From Picochlorum sp. SENEW3 (lineage: Eukaryota): a stretch of 64,000 nt of DNA. Made by a program: the position numbers and the translations under genes. A model generated the notes under the pieces. That model did not search any database, had not been told where the DNA came from, and was given only the letters and a program-made list of their open reading frames with translations. The stretch is from assembly GCA_034226945.1 (NCBI GenBank), contig CP120463.1:744001-808000 (forward strand). The letters are read 5' to 3'. Positions 57,501 to 64,000 of this stretch are shown piece after piece. How positions within the stretch are numbered: position 1 is the first letter of the stretch; every line of letters starts with the position of its first letter.

Positions 57501-60500
57501 ATTTGATGAGAAATCTGTTGCAGAAACCTCTGCCGTGCTTGATCATGGGGAAATACTACAGCCTCAACTTAAAGACCACAACTTTGATGAGAAACTTAAA
57601 GGCCTTAGGAAATCAATCATTAAAACCACTATGGAAGCTCTGAGATCAAAATATGTAGCATTAGCTGCACTGGATCTGTATCAGTTAGAGTATTTTTCTG
57701 CTTCAATTGCAATCTTTAGCCAGGACCAGAGCACTTACCTGCTTGCAGACCTAGTGACCTTGCTGGTGGAGGCTATACTGTTCGGTCGTTCACCGATTCT
57801 AGGCTCTTCAAATGTACTAGAACTTTTGGAATCTTTGCTTAGATATAAAAGACTAGAGATGGACAGAAATAGAAGGAATGACATTGTTTCACTTGCTGCA
57901 AAGAGTCTACAAGGCCTTGGTAGAGGGTCGCCACTGGAGCCCAGCATTGGAGTCAGGCTTCTCGACATTCTACTTGAGCCGGACAGTATGCTTGATACTG
58001 ATAATTTGGAAGATTTCCGGGAGATATTGTACCATGTTTGTCATTTGGCTGGTGGTAACTTTGATAGCAACCTGTCCATCATCCTGACAAACTTTGACAC
58101 AAATAGGTTTGGGACGTTAGCTGCCCAAAAAACACTAGAGACTGATCACAAAACCTTTCGAACTATGGCATCTGGCTCGAAAACAACGCAATTCATCTCT
58201 TTAGTGTTTGATTTAGCCCAATGGTGCATGAAGTATCCTGTCACATCATCTGTCGGTGTATCTGTCCTTGAAGGGATACTTAGTGCGTCCGTGGAACGGT
58301 ACTTTTGCGTTTGTCTTCTGATAGTCTCCTCTCGACAAAGCTTCAATGGAGAGCCCGGCATCTACAGTAAATTGAAGGAGGTTGCAGGACTTTGCCAGTC
58401 AACAAATGTGGCAGTGGAATCTTTGAGAATTTTGTCATCTACTCATCCTTTCGACTCAAGTGGCGACTCGTTAGGTATTTTGAGCTCTTTGTTAAAGTCT
58501 CCTGCGTTCTCAACTAGTGTGAGAAGTAACGCTTCTCAAAATAGCATTGGATGGACCAGCAGCCTTGCACCAGATGGGGAAGTTAGTTGTAACCTCGTTC
58601 AACTCGGAAAGTCTGACAAGTCTGCTCTCGTGGAGGCTCTGAACATCTTTATTGAAGTCTATTTGAATTCTAGCAATGTCAGTGGAGTGGAATATAAGAT
58701 TGTAGTCGAACAGAAGCTGAACTCCTTGTTGAGTTCTTTGCAACTCCCTCGGCTGGTTGAGGACCACCCAGCATGGGGAGCTCCATGGGTATGGAGACTC
58801 TATCGTGATATTATGAGCCCCCATATACGAAACATAGATAAACAGTACGACAATCTTGGCTCGGATGTATTGCAGTCATACTGGGACCGGATCCCATGGC
58901 AGTTGTCTTCTTTCCACTTGGATGAGCAAGTGGCCAGCCTGCAGGAAATTCGTTCGTTAATCTCTTCCTCTATTTTTCCTCTGTCACTGCTACTACGTGC
59001 AGATTGGTCTCCGTTTTTAGAAGTTGTTAGAGACGGTAAAACAAAGACGTTGCACCCCAGTACAGTTTCAGAATGTGGAGTGGTCATTATGCACCTTGCC
59101 ATATCAGTGCCTGATTGGCAATTGCCTGGTTGGCTGTTGAATGAAAAAGGAGAGCTAAATACGGAGTTTCTGCAAAAAATCTCAATTTTAATGGACTGGA
59201 AGTACATCAAAGATCATATTGCTCCGATGCGGCGCGAAAAGCCTCACTCATGGATACTCAGTCCCATCGTATCCACTATTGCATCTGGCACAAAAGATGA
59301 GGTCTCTAGTCGGCTTAAAAGGACATTATTGGCCCTCTCAAGGGCACCTTGTTCTTCTGAAATGGGCCAAGAGTGTTTTGATGTAGTTTTCCAAACGTTA
59401 ACAGATGTTTTAGGGTTCTCCCTTTGCTCTATTGTGGAGACTTCCTCAGCATCAATTCTGCCAAGTCAAAGTGACAAGATGGTTGTGCCAGATGACATTC
59501 CACTCGAATTGCTCGAAGGAACCATGGAAATGGAGCAAATCAAAACCCAAAATGCGAGTGACAAACATCTGCAAGAATCAAATGCGGTTGAGTTGCGCTC
59601 TTGCTTCAGGTTATCAGTCTCTGACCATGTTGACATTGTCCACAGCCTTGTATCGATGGTGCAGTCAGCACTGGATGAAGAGTCCATGCTGAAGAACCAC
59701 AGTGGTCCCATCTGGGAGCAGTCACAGTTTAGAGGATCCATCATAACCTGGGATCCTTCAAGTAGTAACTTCACAACTATATATTCAAAGGCTGCAGATC
59801 TGACTTGTGGAAGCACAGTGGTGGAAGCCCTGCTCCTAGCATTGGCATCAGACCCAATCACACTAATGACAACAAAGCCCGTCCCATTTGGCAGCACAGA
59901 CCCTCCATGGTTTACTGGAGATAGATTGTTTACCAATCTAAGCGACACAGATAAGATGGATCGCAGGTATTCCCTGAAACGATTGTTGAAAGGTATTTCC
60001 CACATTGGTGGCAATGACTCTCATTCAGCATCACTGAATACGGTAAATGATATGGAATCCCTCCGCATATGTCTATACAAAATCATTGAAGATGAGTGCA
60101 TCCAAAATGATGCCCCAAACTTTTTGAGCGGACTGGGATATGCATCACTCAGAGAGGTCTTGTTGTGTGATTCACTTGAAGGCATTCCTCATGCACACGA
60201 ATTTGCAGAAGGCATCATACGTCAAGTGCTTGTCCATACAAACCCACCACCAATATCTGGTAATACGATAGAAGAAGATAATAGCATTCAAATGCATGCA
60301 TTCTATCCTGACAGTGTGAGCATTGATAGATTTTTGCGTTTGGCTCACAGTGCAGCAGCAACAGAGTGTCCTCTCTTGTCCACATTCCTTTTGAAGCAAG
60401 CTTTCCATAGATGTGCTACAATAGAGAAATCAGAATGGCAGTTTACGATCACAAAGGTACTTCAAACGGTCAAGGTGGGAAAGAAGCTCACCATGGAAAG

Positions 60501-61503
60501 CGTGTTGTTATGGCTACATTTGTTGGACTGGCTCAACGACCCACGCTGGAGGAGATTACCACCAGGGTCTCACAATGACTCTTTAAATCTGTTTCTAAAG
60601 TATTTGGACGCAGTCGTGTCGCATTTACAGCTAGCCGAATGCTCCAAGGGTGGAATAGGCACAAAGATTGCCAGAAAAGTGAGTCAAAACATTCGTCAGC
60701 ATCTGTCCTCGTCTCAGCAAGAGGAATCGAGTCCGGCGCACGTGGAATCACGTATACAGAATGAAACACATGAGACGCATACAATTATGGAGAGGGACAG
60801 TTCGGGCTCGCTCTACGAAATCCCACTTGCATCCTCCCATGACATGAGTGAAGATGAGTTTGCCTCTTCATCAACCACAGGTACTCGTCGCCAAAAGGTC
60901 ATGAAAGGATTCAAAGCATTTGGAAGACAGATGTCGAATATTGGCAATAAAATTACCAAAGCAGCGGGCTCGCAAATCAAACAGCCATCCACCACACTTC
61001 CAGACCGCCATCATGATGACAGCAGCACACCTGCTGAGAACCCAACCCCTGCGACCCAGTCTCACGACGATGGCTTCGACATCCACCTTAATGATGTGGC
61101 TCCAATAGGTTTGGCTGCGTATGCAATCAGCGCGTATATCCGAACCGTCATGGAGCCAAAGCTAGCCCGCCGAACACGGTCTGCTGATGGTGGGTCCATG
61201 GGGCACCCAACAATTCGACACATTAAAGGAACGAGCACCCTTTCAGGTTCTCGACAAATGGAAGAAGAACAACTACTGGAACTAGACACAATATTAAGCG
61301 CCAGAAGTGAGTTGGATGTTTTGAGCCAGCTCAAGAACTGCTCTTGTGTCACCCAGCATGCTCTTCTAACAGAGCCTTTCTTTGACAGAATGCCACAGCT
61401 CCTTCATGTCCAGGTCGCCGTCGACGACTTCAAAGTAGGATTGATATCCAGTCTCATCACAGATCCTATGAGCAACAGAGTATTCCACCTCGCCTTCCTG
61501 TGA
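54550..61503 (+). CDS. Very large helical protein (about 2270 aa), possibly EPG5-like
   Basis: Three exons (54550-54729, 54799-55979, 56047-61503). The CDS is clear. The EPG5 label rests only on size and recalled similarity of RIPW..LLRADW. Confidence 0.55.
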
Positions 61504-61729
61504 GGATTCAAGGAAGAGGCCTAGGCCTCCTCCTCAATTAACTAGTAAAGCAATTGGTGGTGGCCTTATCCAGATTGATGGATGGGAACAATACCTCTGC
61601 TCCTGGTCTTTCAATGCCAGCAGCGAATCCACTCTGTATTTAAATATAATTGTGTAATCAAATTACTGCCATACCCGTGTACCTACATTCTGTATTTGGT
61701 TTGGAGTCTCGCAGGTATTGAAAGGAGCC

Positions 61730-62692
61730 ATGTTGTCTCAGTGCCGCACAGGTATGGCCACGTATTCAACCCATGGATCCCATAGAAAATCATTAACTAT
61801 CCCCATCGTGAAATATATATGGCCCATTGTGCCGATGAAGACAATTTCGAGGATGGGTGACATGTTGGAGGATTTCACGACATTGAACCACTCAAACTCC
61901 ATTTCCCTGATTTCATATGCACTGTTGCTCATTCATAGCTCATATTCATGCAGTTCAAGTATCAAAATCCACATTTATGCGTGGTAATGCGCCTGTGGTC
62001 TCTGCTCAGCGCAAGTTGGCTGTGAGAGTCTCTCGAAGCCAGGTGATGACCTCCAAGGCCTACCTTCGCGAGTACCCAGATCCAGAGTTCATCGAGGAAG
62101 TGAAGGAAAACTTCCCAGAGCAGCCAATTGCGAACGTAGAGGAAGCCAGGGTATGTTGATTTTCTCATCTCATGTCTTTGTGATGTCTCTGATATGGCAT
62201 GGCCATGTTCTGCAGGTGCTCTTCTCCGAGTTGGGATACAAGTATCTCGATGTGAGACCAGAATTGGAATTGGATGCTGTTGGAAAAGTTCGTGGTTCTA
62301 TCAATGTGCCAATCATCAATGCTAAATGGAGATATGACCCTGAGGAGCAGAAAAAGGTTGCTGACAAGTCTGATAACCCAGACTTTGTCAAGATGGTGGA
62401 GAAGAGGATTCCAGATAAGAGTACTCCAATCATGGTTAGTTGCTCTGACGGAACCACCTACTCTATCGATGCCTTGATTGCCTTGGAAGAGGCTGGGTAT
62501 GAAACCTTGGTTGGGTTGAAGGGCGGCTTCTATGCCTGGTACAGAGTGTTTGACAACAATTTACGCCGCCGAAGGACTGGAGAGTATGCAGAGCAGTACA
62601 CACACGATGGAGATTCATGTGGAATCCATTCCTCTGGAGCTGGGTTTGCGAGGGTGGATTCAGTGGAGCAGTGGGTTCCACCTAAATTCTAA
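61730..62692 (+). CDS. Chloroplast rhodanese-like domain protein
   Basis: YLDVRPELE..GKVRGSINVP, VSCSDG and GLKGGFYAW motifs. Transit peptide across exons 61730-61751 and 61954 onward. Confidence 0.88.
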
Positions 62693-62836
62693 TCAATTCA
62701 TTCGTGTGGGTTACAGCTACACGAATCATGCTCATGTGTCGCCATGATCATGTATACGTTGCCACCTCTGTAAACCAATGTTGAAAAAAATAAGATAGTG
62801 TATGGGATTGTGAGATCCCAGATCGTGGCATTCACC

Positions 62837-64000
62837 ATGCCGGTGGTATCTGGGAGCGTTGCCCTAGGACGACATGCAATCCCTAGGGTATCAGCGCGAA
62901 CTGCGTTCTGGCAGGAGCGTTTGAGATGGAAATCGTTTGGGATGAATCTGAGAGCATTAAGAAATCATATGGGGGTGTACGAGAGAGATTCTTGTATCGC
63001 CAAATGTGAGAGACAGGGTGGCAGAGGTTCGACCCAAGGTAACATGGGAACAGTGAATGTGGGCGACTATGCGACGTTTGTTCAATTTCTGCATTTCGCA
63101 AGCCCATATGTGGTTGGGCATAGGAATAAGATTTTTGTGATTCTTATACCGGGGGAAGTGATGATGCATAAGGAACGCTTGCGGAATATTTTGGACGATA
63201 TTCTTCTGTTACATGGTCTTGGTTGCAAGGTGGTGTTGGTTGCGGGATCAAAGGATCTGATTGATGAGGAATTGAGGAGCAGTGGATTGGTGGAAGAGAG
63301 CTATGATGGACAGTTTGTTGGTGGGTACAGGGTAAGTGGTAGAGATGTGATGGATGTCGTCATGGCAGAAAATGGGGCTGTGATCAATCAGATTTCTGCC
63401 ATGCTATCAAAAGGTCCTCCTATTCCAATGATGCGCCGTCATGCCAAAGATGTTAGTAAAACATCGGAAAAGGTTTCAGGGTCAAAGGTGATGCCATCTG
63501 TCAAGGTTGTGAGTGGGAATTTTACAGCAGCAAAGCGGCGGGGGGTCTTGAATGGTGTGGATTTTGGATGGTCTGGGTCTGTATCCCATATACATGTGGA
63601 CGCGATTCATAGTCAATTAAATGATGGTAATATTGTGTTGTTGACATGTTTGGGGATATCGTCTGTTGGAGAGCTGCTCAATTGCAGTGTATATGATCTT
63701 GCTGCAAAGGCTGCTATTGAGCTAGGTGCAGACAAGTTTATTTGCTTCACTGGGAAGGACGTTCGGAAATTAGGACTGCCTCATTATCTTCCTTTGGAGG
63801 AAGCAAAACTGCAAATAGCGTCCCGTACACTTGGATGCTGTTCCAATATCGTTTCGTATGAGAATCGCGATGCGAGTGAGACGGCGGCAATTGCCCAGAT
63901 TGAGCCATTGTTTGGGTCGGGAAGCAACATTGTATTTGATTTAGATACGTGGGCGGACATGGAGATACCCTTTGAAATCATATCTGGTATTGTTGTGTGC
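62837..64000 (+). CDS. argA: N-acetylglutamate synthase (ArgA type), 5' part
   Basis: Not in ORF track because it has no stop in the window. Hand translation: FVQFLHFASPYVVGHRNKIFVILIPGE..DILLLHGLG.KVVLV, SGNFTAAKRRGVLNGVDFG, LGADKFI. Confidence 0.92.
   Translation, partial: MPVVSGSVALGRHAIPRVSARTAFWQERLRWKSFGMNLRALRNHMGVYERDSCIAKCERQGGRGSTQGNMGTVNVGDYATFVQFLHFASPYVVGHRNKIFVILIPGEVMMHKERLRNILDDILLLHGLGCKVVLVAGSKDLIDEELRSSGLVEESYDGQFVGGYRVSGRDVMDVVMAENGAVINQISAMLSKGPPIPMMRRHAKDVSKTSEKVSGSKVMPSVKVVSGNFTAAKRRGVLNGVDFGWSGSVSHIHVDAIHSQLNDGNIVLLTCLGISSVGELLNCSVYDLAAKAAIELGADKFICFTGKDVRKLGLPHYLPLEEAKLQIASRTLGCCSNIVSYENRDASETAAIAQIEPLFGSGSNIVFDLDTWADMEIPFEIISGIVVC

Overview
Gene-dense eukaryotic nuclear DNA with short GT-AG introns and TGTAA poly(A) signals just after many stops. 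This is typical of a compact chlorophyte green alga; a Picochlorum-like trebouxiophyte is an inference. There are about 33 protein-coding genes, mostly housekeeping: Maf, a multidomain chromatin protein, Cu-ATPase, EngA, NAE1, WEE1, MCM2, CDKC, G6PDH, DRG, SF3A2, CCDC25, TERT, APC10, SWS1, three membrane lipase-3 paralogues, an EPG5-like giant, a rhodanese and NAGS. Four genes were reconstructed by hand because the ORF track misses them or shows only fragments (BRCT, LYR, SWS1, NAGS). The most notable signals are: (i) same-strand gene pairs with a 5-nt gap or an overlap, which look like bicistronic loci; (ii) two apparently non-coding spliced host transcripts carrying intronic C/D and H/ACA snoRNAs that all target one region of 18S rRNA; (iii) a lipase tandem duplication with patchwork identity and a shared uORF; (iv) an unusual Bromo-RFTS-DDT-WHIM-ARID-Tudor protein; (v) a PIP-box/HTH/AT-hook orphan. 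No CRISPR array, rRNA, tRNA or intact transposon was recognised.
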